DNA of 64,000 nt, taken from Stegostoma tigrinum (taxonomy: Eukaryota). Made by a program: the position numbers and the translations under genes. Location of the stretch: the NCBI RefSeq assembly GCF_030684315.1, contig NC_081356.1, positions 46,382,393 to 46,446,392 of the forward strand, written 5' to 3'. The notes below the pieces were generated by a model. It saw only the letters and a list, made by a program, of their open reading frames with translations. It was not told the origin of the DNA and did not search any database. Position 1 is the first letter of the stretch. Every line of letters begins with the position of its first letter. Of this stretch, positions 50,161-63,166 are shown in pieces.

Positions 50161-51146
50161 TGAATGATTAAAATATTGTGACTGTGGCTGATAATGTTCT
50201 CCAGCCCTGTGGTACTCACTGGTCACATAAAGCTGTCCACCACAATGTGTAAACAGGTAATTAACCCTGGAGGGCCCCCACCACATCAAGTACAATTAGC
50301 CTTAATTTATACAATTGGCACTGTGATAGAGTCATAGTCACAGAGATCCACACCACAGAAAAAGTTCCTTTGGTCAATTGAGTCTGCACCAGTTAAAAAC
50401 AACTACCTAACTACAGTAATTCAGCATAAGTAATGCTCCCTACAACTTCAACTTCTGTATGTCAGTCTGTGCAACTGCAACTGATTTTGATGGTTCTACC
50501 CCTCTGATATATGCTACAAACATTGGTATCATCTTACATTGCCACTTTTGAAGCATCCAAAGCATTTGCAGAAGAAGATGTCTCATCCGATTATTTGGTA
50601 TATGACCATGAGACACCAGCTGTAATCAGTGAAATTTTATTCACACTAGTTATTGACATCACTAATGACCCAAATGAACTGTGGATCAGTCCAACCTCCA
50701 TTTCCCTGGTCAGTGTTATGAGCCCCATAAATGTACACTGGGGCCATTAGTTTTGGGGCAAAATAAAATACAATTTACCAACACCTTTGAAAGATGACAA
50801 TGCATCATTTCCACTTGCAATCATTAAAACTCTCATTTTGGCAATTAGCCTTTTCATTAATATCCAAACCCAAGTCTATTAAACCCAGAAGTGATTATGT
50901 TGGAGTCAAGATTTTATTGGGACCAGAATCTCATTAATGTCCTGTTCCCTTCATTTGTAATTCAATCATCCTCGCAGTTAACCTTATTCCCTCACTGTCT
51001 AATTTCCTTCTTTTCTCTATATCATACTCTTGGAAATTTATCTATGTTGAAGGCACCGATGAGTGTAAGTTTAAAAGGATTATAAAATACAGATTTCTCT
51101 CAAAAACCTGAACTGCATGCTTTTGTTTGAAATGGGTTGCTTCCTT

Positions 51147-51282
51147 GGATAAGCATATGGATGATGATGAGATAGTGTAGGGGGAGGGGCTTAGATTAGT
51201 TCACAGGTCGGCGCAACATCAGGGGCTGAAAGGCCTGTTCTGCACTGTATTGTTCTATGCTCTATGTTCTATGTTCTATGTT
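51147..51282 (+). mobile_element. Extremely 5'-truncated CR1 3' end
   Basis: CAGGTCGGCGCAACATC...TGTTCTATG repeats, same 3' UTR family as 3160-3247. Confidence 0.8.
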
Positions 51283-53169
51283 CCTAGTCAACATGTTCAC
51301 AATCTTCTCATAATAATCACTATGAATGTAATGGGGACATACATTTATTATCACTGAAATAGCTGACAAGAAAGAATTGAGCATTCAATCATGCTCTAAA
51401 ATGTTCAGAACATAGCAGGCATCAATGGACATGAAATAGTATAATTTGGAATGAGTCCTGATTGCAAATGATCACACTGGAGCATTCAAACATTCAAAAG
51501 TGATCACAGCCTGTTAAATTTAGTAAGCAGGTATCAAAAGCAGCTTTCCAAAAGTTATGATACAAACAAACATAAACAAATCTTTCAGCATATTTCAAAT
51601 TTTTTTCCCAGCTATTCCCCTCACTCCTTCCATATCAACTGGCATGCTACCCTTCATTCCAATTGTTTCCCAATGCCTCTTTGTCTATTCTACCAAGGTG
51701 TTCACTGTGTCCACTCTGCTAGGTCTCTGTTCAAGAAGCCAGGAATGGTCTGTCAGAGGAAAAGGAGTATGGAAATTACAAATAGTTAACAATGTAAATG
51801 TGGTAATATTAGAGTATTAAGACCGCAGAATTAGATTTAAAAGCACTTAATGAAAGATGAGAACCAGCAACTTAACAACTCACCAGACTTCTGCGATAGC
51901 ACTTTCCAAACACGTGAACTCTATCCATCTAGAAGAACGAAAGCAGATACATGGAAACACTACCCTTTAGATCCCATACCATCCTAACTTGTTACTATAT
52001 CATCACTCCTGTTGCTGGGTCAAAATCTTAGAACTCCCCATTTAACAGCTCCTAGCTCATTGGCACTGTTCTCAAGGCCTGACCACTGAAATCTTGGATC
52101 TGAGGGAGCAATAGCATCAGGGATGATAAAAAAGACCAACACCATCCTGCAATTTACCATATGCAACAACAAAGAGTTCAACAGACTGTTGGCAATCCAG
52201 GACAGGGTCCTGTCCAAAAACAAGGCTATGCTACTGTCAATGGAAATGAGGCATTCCAGCAAGGTTCATAACTAAAGAGGCAAATGAGGAAAAGGTGAAA
52301 TATGTGGGTTATTAAACAAATTTTTAAACAAAAGTAGTACCACTAAATGAACACCTCACAATCTTCACCCAAAACTTCCAATTCTCTGCCAGTGTCCCCC
52401 TTCTGCCACAACTCAAACTTCGGACTAGTCCATTCAGATATCCCAGCTGCATATCGGACGAGGGCTGCCTATTTCACCCAGCTCCCTCTGTGATGTCTCA
52501 CCCTTGCCTCAGGCCTTGTTGTCTTCCAAATGTCACCCACCTTGCTGCCTGATCTCAGCTCCATCTGTCATAGCAGTGTGGGCACAATATCAAATGAACC
52601 ATTCATGCAGGACAAACTCCTGGACTCAAACAGTGGGCAGTCAGGGCAAAAGTGGGAGGCAGGGGTAGAGAGTGGAACTGGATGAGGGCTTGGAGAAGAA
52701 GGGAGTGGTGCAATATTATGGGAGATAACATAGAATAAGGAATTTGGGGACTGGAGACAGAGGAAGGTGTATGGTGGAAGGGAGAAATACAGGGTCGGGG
52801 ACAAAGTATAGTGGAGGGGAAGTGGGAGACCAAAATGGAGTGGGATTGTGGGAGAGAGGAATGGAGCTACTTTGGACGGTGGAATGTGGAAGAGAAGGGA
52901 GTGGGGAAATGAAGCAGATAGAGAGAGAAGATGGGGAAATAGAATAGCAAGAACTGAAGCGGCACTTAACAAAAATATGATATCATGTTATTATAATTAA
53001 CAATAGTAATTACAACTGTTAGTGAATACTAATAATTCTCAATGATCATTGCAGTTATTGTTAAAAAAAGTTCACATACAACTTGACTTTAATATAAGCC
53101 AATATGTTGGGTGCAGACTATGTCATTACTTTTTTTCCCAGTAGGATGGTAATCCAGAACGTCAGGTAA

Positions 53170-53462
53170 CATTACATCACAGTACAGGCCATTCGATCAA
53201 ACTGCTCAGCATACCCTACATTTTACTATCTTCCATGAGCACATCCAAGAGTTCCTTAAAAGTCTCTAAAGTATCTGACTCCACTACCACTGCCAGCAGC
53301 GCAATCCACAGGCCCACCACTCTCTGTGTAAAGAACCTACCTCTGACATCTCCCCTATACCTTCCTCCAATCACCTTTAAATTATGTTCCCTCGTAATAG
53401 TCATTTCTGCCCTGGGAAAAAAAGTGTCTGATTATCCACTGTATCTATATCTATCATCATCT
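53170..53462 (-). mobile_element. CR1 3' fragment
   Basis: TREHNLKVIGGRYRGDVRGRFFTQRVVGLW. Confidence 0.85.
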
Positions 53463-53467
53463 TGTAA

Positions 53468-54985
53468 TGTTCCATGGTGAATCCCACCATGGCAGATGGT
53501 GATATTTTAATTCACTGAAAATAAGTTAAAATTTAATGGTGGCTATTTAACTGCTGTTGATTGAGAAGGAAATCTACCATTCTTACCTGGTTTGACCTAC
53601 ATGCAACTCCAGACCATAGAGCAATGTGGCTAGTTATTGACCACTCTCTGAAGTTCCTAGAGAGCCACTGAGTTGTATCAAACTGCAACAAAGCCTAAAG
53701 AAAAGAATGAGGACAGGCCTACCACCTAGCATTAATCTAGGCACCAAAAAAGATGAGTAAATACAACCCTGTCAATCCTGTAAAGTCCTCCTTATTAACA
53801 ACTTATGACGAAATGTGGAGAGCAACAGCCTGATATAGTCACAATCTGGAAGTCACAAGGGGTGACACAGTGGCACAGTGGTTAGCGGTTAGCACTGCTG
53901 CCTCACAGCACCAGGAAACTGGTATCGATTCCACCCTCAGGTAACTGTGTGGAGTTTGCACATTCTCCCTGTATTTGCGTGGGTTTCCTTCGGGTGCTCC
54001 GGCTTCCTCCTACAGTCCAAAGATGTGCAGGCTAGGTGGAATGGATTGGCCATGCTAAATTCCCTGTAGCATTCAGGGATGTGTAGATTAGGTGGGTTAT
54101 TGGGGAATGGATCTGAGTAGGATGCTCTGAAGGTCAGTGTGGACTTGTTGGGCCAAAAGGCCTGTTTCAGCACTGTAGGGATTCTATGATTCATTAAGTC
54201 TTACCTGAAGAAACCAGTCCCATCAGAAGGTGTGGCATATATTCTGAAGATGTACTTTGATCTGTGACATTAACTTTGAACAGCATGATGTTTCATGGCA
54301 TTAGGTCAAATATGGACAAAGAATCTTCCTGCTGATTACTTCTACCAAACCACCATCACCCCTTCAAGCTGGTGAATCTGTGCTTCTTCAAGTTGAACAC
54401 CATTTGGAGGATGCATTCAGGATCTAAGTGCACAGAATGTATTCCGAATAGAGTCATAAATGTCAATCATCAACAGTAGCTCAGTAAAACTAAATGAGCT
54501 AGCCCATTCACAAAGAACATAGTTGCTTGGCTGTGAGTGCGTGTGGCAGGCAGTGAGGGAACTAACATGGAAGGAAAGCTTACTTCACTTCATCCTAATT
54601 GATCTACCTGAAATAAATGAGTCCTTTCATGATAGTTTTGGCAAGAGTGAGCACTGCATGGAGTCCTATCTTCACATTTTTTCTATTTGTTTGCATGATG
54701 CAAGCATTATTGGCTAGCCAACATTTATTATCCATTCTTACTACCCTCGAGAAAGCACTTGTGAGCTGCCAATCTATACTGAAGATGCCCTCCACCATGT
54801 TGTATGGCACTGTCACTGTGTAAATGAGAGAGACTATGAATAGATCCAGCAATTCAAAACTGACCATCCATGACATACTGTGGGCCGTCAGCAAATGCAG
54901 AGTTGCATTAAACCACAACCAATAGCAACATGACCCACTATATCTCCTGCTGTACTATAACCATCAAGCGATGGGATTATGCAAA
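53468..54985 (+). mobile_element. Second copy of the tRNA-headed ORF1-less LINE (5' part), interrupted by an HE1 SINE and an inverted 3' tail piece (54680-54790)
   Basis: AATCCCACCATGGCAGATGG...GGAAATCT..CTTACCTGG...GCAATGTGG body runs into CCTGTAAAGTCCTCCTTATTAAC...CAACAGCCTGATATAGTC (APE start), then ESVLLQVEHHLEDA. Confidence 0.75.
53859..54192 (+). mobile_element. HE1-type V-SINE
   Basis: GTGGCACAGTGGTTAGC head, V-domain, GGGATTCTATGATTC tail. Confidence 0.9.
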
Positions 54986-54994
54986 CATGGAAGT

Positions 54995-55170
54995 AAACAA
55001 AGAGCTGTGGATGCTGGCTAAATGAAACAGATATAGAAATTGCTGATAAAGTTCAGCAAATCTGGCAGCATTTGTGGGAAGAAAGCAGAATTAACATTTT
55101 GAGCCCAGTGATTTTTCATCTCTCCTCATTAAGAGTCCTCAGACGTAAGACGCTGACCCTGCTTTCTTAC
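54995..55170 (-). mobile_element. Decayed mini Penelope-derived element
   Basis: GATGCTGG...TCAGCAAATCTGGCAGCAT...TTAACATTT, as at 30075-30190. Confidence 0.6.
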
Positions 55171-55379
55171 TGTATGGTTTGAGGTCTATACTTTCTGGGA
55201 CACATAGTTTTATATGTGATGGCTGAAGCAAAGTTTCTTCCCGTTTATATTAGAACTGAAGCTGCTTAATATGTATGTAACTTAACATACATCTGTTTTC
55301 CTCTATTAGGATATCTGTCCTTCAACAGCTTCCGTTGATCTCTTGACCACGAAGGAAAGGCACTTCAATGCCATTGATA

Positions 55380-55602
55380 CTTTGAGCCGATGGAATTTAC
55401 TTCCACAGAAAGCAGTCAAGGCCAAAACCTGTTATGATTTCAAAACAATAGGATTTAGCACTTGGACCTGAAAGGATCAAAGGATATGCAGGAGAAACAG
55501 GAACACATTATGAGTTGAATGATCCGCCATGATCATAATGAACAGTGGAGCTGGCTCAAAGGTTGAATGGTGTACTCCTGTTCCTATGTTTCTATTTTCT
55601 AT
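55380..55602 (+). mobile_element. CR1 3' fragment
   Basis: WNLLPQKAV...GIKGY; CTCCTGTTCCTATGTTTCT tail. Confidence 0.7.
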
Positions 55603-55974
55603 TACATGGATTTTAATGTCCTTGGAGCGCTCCTCCTTTGATTTATTTTGTACCAGTTTCATACTGTGAAACAGGTGGATTCTTCTTGCAAAAACAGTAT
55701 TCGGCTTCTTTGGCAGGACAATTCTTATCCATGTTTCTTTTCTGCCACAATCATATGTCTGCTATGGTAGTTGCACACCTTTCCTACATTCTCTGTTTTT
55801 ATCTAATCACCTAAGACTTAACATTCTCCTCTGAGTCAGTCACTTTTGGAATTCAGTCTTCCACATCAACCTGAATCACCAATGGATTTTGCCTTCTCAC
55901 TTCAATTTGTCCATAATTGGATTGCCTATACTAATATTAAAGTCAGCCCTCAATTACAATTGGTCATATATTAA

Positions 55975-56732
55975 TTGATTGATTTACTGTCACATGTACC
56001 AAAAAACCATGAAAACATTTGTTTAAAGCGGTACACACAGATCATAATAAACGAAGGGTGTACAGATCAAAAAGACTTAGTCAGAGGCATGCAGGTTACA
56101 TTGTGCAGGGCGTGCGCTAGGCGAGATCAACATTAGCAAGATCAGTGTTATTTGAGGCTAGAGAGTCTATTCATCAATAATGGCTGGGAAAAAGCTGTTC
56201 CTGAACCAGCTCGTGCATGTGACAGGCTTCTGTGTCTTCTGCCTGACAAAAGAGGTTATTGGAGATCATTACTTGGGTGTGATGGGCCTTTGATGATGTT
56301 GGCAGCCCTTCTGTGACAGCAAGCCATGTAAATGGAGTCCATGGATGGAAGGTTGGTTTCCGTGATAGTCTGAGCTGTGCACACCACCTTCTGTAGATTC
56401 TTACTGTCCTGGGCAGAGCACTTGCCATGCCAGACCGTTTGCACCCATACAGTATGCTTTCAATGGTGCATCTGTAGAAGTTAGTGAGGGACCTTATGGA
56501 CATGCCAAATTTTCTGAGCTACCTGAGGAAGAAGAAGCATTGTTGTGCCTTCTTGACTGTTGCATCTACATGGGAAGCCCAGGTCAGGTTGTCGGTATTA
56601 TGTCCCTGAAGAACTTGATGCTCTTCACCCTCTCAACCTCAGTTCTGTTGATGCAGGTGGGGATGTGGTCTCCTCTTCTCTTTCTGAAGTCAAAGGTCAG
56701 TTCTTTAATTTTGCCAACAATGAGAGAGAGAT
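55975..56732 (-). mobile_element. Rex1/Babar-clade LINE 3' part
   Basis: LTNFYRCTIESIL.GC..WHGKCSAQD.K.LQKVV.TAQTI...LPS...IIK.PSHP. Confidence 0.8.
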
Positions 56733-57651
56733 TGGTCAAACATTTCATCTAAAACTTTGACAATAACTCTGTCACTGATTAGATTTTCTTTTAAGCTGCC
56801 ATACTCTTATTCTCTGTAAGTCTAGAGACAAATGTTAAAAGTATCAATTCTTACCCCTATTGCTCAGCATGCTGATTAAATTTAGCCTGCTCCACTTTTT
56901 TTTTCTTACAGGTTGAAATTGGCATAATGTGCTGCCAGACCTGCTGAGCTTTTCCAGCAACTTCTGTTTTTAATGCCACCAGGCTGTTGTTTTGCCACAT
57001 AATATTCTTGGCCTTGTTATGCTGCTGAAGCATTTTTTAAAGCACCTGATGAGGTAACGAAAACGTTAACTTTATTTGAGAAGCATTTTACTGTTGTGTC
57101 ATTTTGCCATGAAGTTACACAAGACAAAATGAGCACGTTGCAGTGCATCACTCCCTAATCTGATGTAAACTGCATAATTAACATATAAGAATTTCAGACA
57201 TAACTCTTGAACAACCTGCTTTTAATAATATAAACACATATACCTCTACATCCCTATGTTCCAGCCAATTCCTTTAGAATAGCGTCAGTTCTTTAAAATC
57301 GCGTGTCTTTGTTACGCCCACCAAAACACATCAATTGCCATATCTGCATTAAATTTCATCTGCCAAGTGTCTAGCAACTCCACCAGCCTGCCTATGCCCT
57401 TTGAAGTTTACGACTATCCTCACAATTCACAATACTTCCAACTTTCGTGCATTCCACACATTTTGAAATTGTGAACTTTAACAGGGATGACAAAATGTAT
57501 TAATCTTAATATGTTAGGTAATTATTATCTGTATGTCTGAAAACTGAAAAGACTTTTAAAAATCAAAGGTCTTTTGAAAGAGGACCTGATCAGATTTGTG
57601 GACAAGCTAAGTTCTTCATCTGAAGGAACCAAAAATGCAAAGTTTTACTTT

Positions 57652-57702
57652 CCCAAAGGGCTGAACTCGTCGTATCTATGCGTACATTCGAGCCCTTTTG
57701 GG
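57652..57702. other. CpG-rich imperfect hairpin in otherwise unique sequence
   Basis: CCCAAAGGGCTGAA...CGTAT-CT-ATGCG...TTCGAGCCCTTTTGGG. Confidence 0.6.
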
Positions 57703-58149
57703 TTGGGGTGGTTGCTCCTCGGTCCGTTTAAATTAAGCAAAGTAATTGCAATCCCTAAGGGGCCAGAATAGACAATAGTAGACCAAAAACCAAAAATATC
57801 ATTTACTGTATTCAAAAATCTGCAGGTTCCGAGGTTTTGGATAAAGGATTCCCAACCCATGCTGACCTTCTGGAATCCCACTATAAACCATTCTGATAGC
57901 ACTGCTACTTGGTATTGCGTATATAAGTTACACTTTGGCGATTATAGTCTAATTGTTTGCTCCTAAACATAAAGGTAATATCTGAGACAGACCAAATATA
58001 TTATAAGTTGTAGCAATAAGTTTAAACAAACCGCTTTTTTTTACGGTCCAGAGTACTTCTGACTACATGCTAATTTCTGGATTATGAATAGTGATCTCAA
58101 TTCTACAAGTCATAGGCACATAATTTCTTATTAATGTCCTCAATTCATT

Positions 58150-60380
58150 CGATGGAACACAGGACTCTGAAGCAGAAGGAGGCTGTTCGACTCATTGCGC
58201 CAGCTCCTCCATTTGATAAAGTCTCAACTCCACCTTCATTTCTGCAGCCCCATCACTATCAACTACCTCGTGGATCAAAAAGCTATTTACCTTAGCCTTG
58301 AATACATTCAGTGACCTACTCTCCACTACTTTTAGGGGAGTAAAATTCCCCAGTTAATAGCCCTCTGAGAGAAATAAATATACTCTACTCAACTCAGGCT
58401 TAAAACAGACTCCTCATATTCTTAAAGTGTATCCCTGAGTACTTATCTCCCCCACGAGGTGAAACAATCTCTCACCTTGACCCAACCTCTAAACTCCAAT
58501 GGGAATAAGCTCAACCTGTTCAAATATTTCTTTGTAATACTGCCTTTCATTCAAAGGATATTTTCAGTATCATTATTTTCAAGTAGTAGGTTATCTTACC
58601 AGCAGCAGTTCTATGTGATAGTATAGGCCTATAGAAATGATTACAAAAGTAAATATCTGCAGGAAACACAGAAAGGTTCTTGATGAGCAGACAGCAAACA
58701 TAGCTAAAAACACTGTTCCTTCAGTATTGAAAGGAAAATTTAAGTGTAGGACCTCATAGACAGTATTCTCTGGATTGTACCCAGTGTCATATGTTCACTG
58801 TTAAAGGAATTGTAAGACAAAACAAGTTAATGCATGATCAGAGAAATAGAAACATGAAAACTTGAAGCAGAAACAGGCTATGTGGTCTTAAAATTATAAT
58901 AATGGATCATTGGAAATAGTACTGTATTCCTGCTTTCTCCCTCCAACATTTAATCTCATTAGCCCTCAGAACTATATCTAACCCCTTCTTGAAAACACTC
59001 AATGTTTTGCCTTCAACTGCCCTCTGTGAAAGAAAATTCCACAGGCTTAGCACTCTCTGGATAAAGAATTGTCTCCTCACCTCAGCACTAAATGTCTATC
59101 CTGTATCTTTAAACTGTGACCGCTAGCTCTTGATACCCCAATGATCAGGTACATCCTTTCTATGTTTACCCAGTCTAATCCTGTTAGAATTTTATGAATT
59201 TCTTCAACAGCACATCCCCCCGCCATCCCACCTCTTATAGTTATAAGTGCAAATGAACATAGTCCCAACATATCCAGTCTCTCTTCATACATCAGTCCTG
59301 CTATCCCAGGAATCAATCTGATAAATCATTGTTGCACTAATTCCATTGCCAGATAAGGACTCCAAAACTTCACATGTTATTCCAGGCGTTAGATCATCAG
59401 CCCCCCCATACAATTGTAGCAAGATGTCTCTGCTCCTGAATGAAAGCCAGTATTCCATTTGCCTTCTTCACTGCTTACATGCTTACTTTCAGCAACAGGC
59501 ATACAACCCAGGTCTCATTGTATTTCCTCATTGTTCTAATTCATTGCCATTCAAATAGTAATCTGCCTTTTTAATTTTGTTACTAAAGTGGAATATCTCA
59601 CATTTGTCAACATTATGCTTTGCCAAGCATTTTCCCACTCATACAAATTGCCCAAACCACGCCGAAGAAGCATCTCCACATCCATCTCACGGTTCAGCCT
59701 CCCACACTGCTTTGTGTCATCAGCAAAGTTAAAAATGTTATCCTTATTCCCTCATAGCTGGAGTACAGAGCACTGAACCTTTCCATAAACCACAAGTCAC
59801 TGTACAACGGTGGTGACATATCAAATGGAGCTGTGAAAGGAACCTTAGAGCACTGGGATCAATTCTGGGGTGAAAAGGATATTTTCCAGTTGGAGACGCT
59901 GCTGCTCAGTAGACCTGGGATGCATCTCTTTGTAGGTAGGTTGGCCACTGATGTGCCGAAGGGTCTAAATTAATTTGGCACTGTTTTGAAATATTAAAGT
60001 GGTTAACCAAAGTACAGAGAAAAGTGATGGATAAAGATCACAGTGGAGGAAAAAATGGTACAAGAACAGGAGGTATCAAACTGAGGGCAGATGAGAAGCA
60101 GACAAATTAAGTTTGACATGATTTCACATGCAAAAACACACTAAAGCATGCTTACAAGATTGGAGATCTACAGATAAAACTTGACCCATGGGTTACAATA
60201 TAGTAAGAATACAGGCACTATCCTCAAAAAATTGAAGGATCGGAATGTAATATTATTAACAATATTTTATTCACAAAGGGCAAAGAAGGGGAAAAGAAAA
60301 ACATGAGAAATGACAACATTAATTCAAAAAATGAGAGTACTGGAGAAAAGATATGTCTTTGGTTTGAAATAGAAAAGCTA
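58150..60380. mobile_element. Patchwork of decayed CR1 fragments (58150-58560 -, 58650-58840 +, 58845-59790 -, 59800-60380 +)
   Basis: IPGIAGLMYEERLD (59077..59316 -); CR1 3' UTRs; ORF1 esterase remnants on +. Confidence 0.65.
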
Positions 60381-60391
60381 GTTCGCAAGCC

Positions 60392-60555
60392 ATTTTTATT
60401 TCTTCATTCTTTTATTAAATTGGGTATGCAAGTACTTTCAACCACCCTTAATTGCCCCTGAACTGATCCACTGACATTTCAAAGGACACTTAAGAGCCAA
60501 CCCCTTGCTGTTGGCCTCACTCCTATGCATCATGTTAGTTAAAATGGTCTGATAA
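60392..60555 (-). mobile_element. Decayed copy of the 38217-type SINE (body-to-tail junction)
   Basis: CCCTTAATTGCCCCTGAACTGA...TTAAGAGCCAACC..TTGCTG. Confidence 0.55.
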
Positions 60556-61078
60556 TCGAGCACTGGTCAGGGTTGAGATTACCATGATGGTGGCACCAGC
60601 AAGTTGGGTAGGGTTCGGGCTCCTGGACCCACTCACTCCAGAATGGCCACTTTCTCCCTTCATTCCATAGCCTTTTCAGAACTAACCTGTCGAATTTGTG
60701 TAAATTCTTTGCCATAAATATTCAAATAAAGCAATATTTAATAGGCAATCAGTTCTATCCATTTTCATTGTACTTCATGTAAGGTATAACAGACATAATA
60801 GTCTAAGAGATGCAAATCCAAGTATTTTAGGGAATTTTTAAAATATGATTGAAATTTGTTGGAACCAGAAGAAGGTTCAGAACATTCATGTTGCATGTCA
60901 GCCTCTGCACTGCAGATTAAATCCATCCCAACTGTGGAGTGATAAAATTCTAAGTTATTTCGAAACAATGTGTGACATTTATGATGTGAAATTGAAGCCC
61001 ATATGTAGAGGGAAGTCAACACCCCAGATGACAAATCACAAAAAGGAACAGGTTTGGAGCAATGTTCTATCCTTCTAG

Positions 61079-61183
61079 AGGATTCCACAAGCAGATAGTT
61101 TGAGAGTGTACCAACCACACAATTAAAAGCAGCTTCGGAAGCATCAAACCTTCTTTCAATGAAGATCAAATTCAATCAACATG
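61079..61183 (+). other. Exon-like 105-nt phase 1-1 segment with an in-frame stop
   Basis: Acceptor TTCTATCCTTCTAG, donor G|GTAACA; xDSTSR*FESVPTTQLKAASEASNLLSMKIKFNQH. Confidence 0.2.
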
Positions 61184-61964
61184 GTAACATTGACAGTGAC
61201 AAAAGGATTGCTTTTGGCTTTTGTGTTGGCATTCTGTGAATCTCAGAGTGAGTTTATTTCTAATTTATTACTTTGTTTAGAGTAAAGTTATTTAATTGAT
61301 GAGAGAGTGCCAATTACTTAATTAGAAAATTCAATGCTCAGTATATTAATATGAATGAATATATGGTAGGAAATGAACTGTGATCATTTGTGCAATGACA
61401 TTTTAGAAAATTTAAAGTTACTATGTTATGAGAGTCATTTTCTCAATCTGTACACAGACCATAAGATCCTTATTTAGTAACAGTGTCAGGAATATTAGCA
61501 TTTAGGTGGCTACAAGGCTTGTTATTAACATTTAGTAACTTATTCTGCTTCTGCTCAGTCAATTTAATGATATTTCCACAAAATAAGCTTCAATGTTATA
61601 CATAATGATATCCCAGAGGGAAAATTCAGTAAAAGAAAAACAGAAAAAGTTGCAATTGAATCTGCTTGACATCGTGAAGCTCCATTTTGTGGTCTGTAAG
61701 ACAAATCAGACCAGTATCTGCTGTTTGCAAGTTTGACTGGTTTAATCTTCTGGGATCTTCTAACCAAGAGTTCAACAAACTCACCAATCCAAAATTATTT
61801 TCATGAGTCAATATTGTACATGACTGCACATGTAACGTGCTTTGCTATCCAAATGCCTCAAATCTGAATAAAATTTCAAGGAGGGAGGCTCAGTGGATCA
61901 AAATATTGAGACACTCTTTATAACAATAGGCTTCATTTGTGCTGCACAACTTTATAACAACAAA

Positions 61965-62480
61965 ATAAAAGAAAAATACCAAAGATGCTGGAGATCTGAA
62001 ATAAAAACACAACATCTCAGCATGTGTAAGAGAGAAAAAAGTTAGAAGTTGAGTCGAAAATTTCTTCTATAGATGAGTTATATTGGCCACAAACTAGAGC
62101 ACCTCGTAGCAACCCACAAAGATACAGGGAGAATATGCAAACTCAGCCCAGACAGTCACCCAAGACTGGAATCAGACCAGGTTCCTGACACTGTGAGGCA
62201 GCAATGTTAACCACTGTGCGACCATGCCTCCCAAAGAAGTCAGTTACAGATTGAGTGATCAGTTTACTGAAGCTGCATCCAGCATCCACGAGCACAGTCC
62301 CAGAGCTTTTGAGTGCTTACCATTTTAATTTCTCATCCCAGTCCCATTCTACCCTTGATTTTTAATAAGTTTTATATGAACATTAGCAGAAACAGACATT
62401 ATCATCTTAACATTTAGTTCAGCAATTCATAACCTTCTGAATTCAATCTTGACTTCAAAAATTTCAGATCTCATTTGTTC
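61965..62480. mobile_element. Decayed Penelope (inverted pLTR end + GIY-YIG C-terminus) with HE1 SINE fragment (62090-62231, -)
   Basis: AGATGCTGGAGATCTGAAATAAAAAC; HFN..S.SH, ...NLDFKNFR-like; SINE head CACTGTGAGGCAGCAATGTTAACCACTG. Confidence 0.55.
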
Positions 62481-63001
62481 CCATTTTCAGCAAAAGTGAT
62501 TCTTAATCATTCTGCAATTCCCAGTAACAGGTTCTTTAGACCTGTCTTTTATTTCAATACATCATCCTTCAGCCTTGCTCTCTCTTGTCCTTTAGATGTT
62601 TCTAAAAATTGGATAAATACAGTAGAAACGCAGGCTTTTACTTTCTTTCATGTTTATGAAAGCGTTGTTATCTTTAAGCAGTTATTTAAAAGAACTATCA
62701 TTACAAAAATCTCCCAACATACAGACCATTTCCAATGACAGTGCAGTTGAATATTGGACAATAACATTTTAATGTGTATTCTTCAACCAGAAAAATGTGC
62801 AACTGTAGCCAAGGGCTGTGAGATTGTGAGCAAGGAATCACCCTGCTGTAGAAATGTATTTTGTTGTAACTTTATGAAATTGGAAATCCTTCCTAGTTTA
62901 CCTTCTTTGTTTAATCTGTACCTGTATGGAGATATAGAAAATATGATATTATCATTTGATGCTTAATGAGATTCCTGATCACAAATGCTTCTCTTTTGTA
63001 G

Positions 63002-63166
63002 ACAATGCCACATCTCAAATAGCCACATTGGAAGAAACCACAGTTCACTCAACAGTGCAGCCTTTATTCACAAAAACCAAATCCAGAACACCTCATACCA
63101 CAGTGCGCAATGTCAGTTTCAGCCATTCAGAGATAGCAACAAGATTTTCCAACAAAACTTTGCAAG
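63002..63166 (+). CDS. Candidate internal coding exon of a host gene: Ser/Thr-rich mucin-like extracellular segment
   Basis: Strong acceptor TGCTTCTCTTTTGTAG with CTGAT branch-like motif upstream; donor AAG|GTACAT; 165 nt, phase 1-1, open; xNATSQIATLEETTVHSTVQPLFTKTKSRTPHTTVRNVSFSHSEIATRFSNKTLQ with sequons NAT, NVS, NKT. Confidence 0.5.

Noticed and set aside
50430-50750. Cadherin-like words (ATDFDG, DHET, IDITND.NE)
   Set aside because: They lie in different frames with compressed spacing and no clear splice sites.
60765-61175. 136-aa minus-strand ORF
   Set aside because: No recognisable domain or splice context.
62790-62880. Cys-rich knottin/agouti-like peptide (CATVAKGC...PCCRNVFCC)
   Set aside because: Cys spacing does not fit the agouti/ICK pattern and there is no convincing donor; likely chance in TG-rich DNA.
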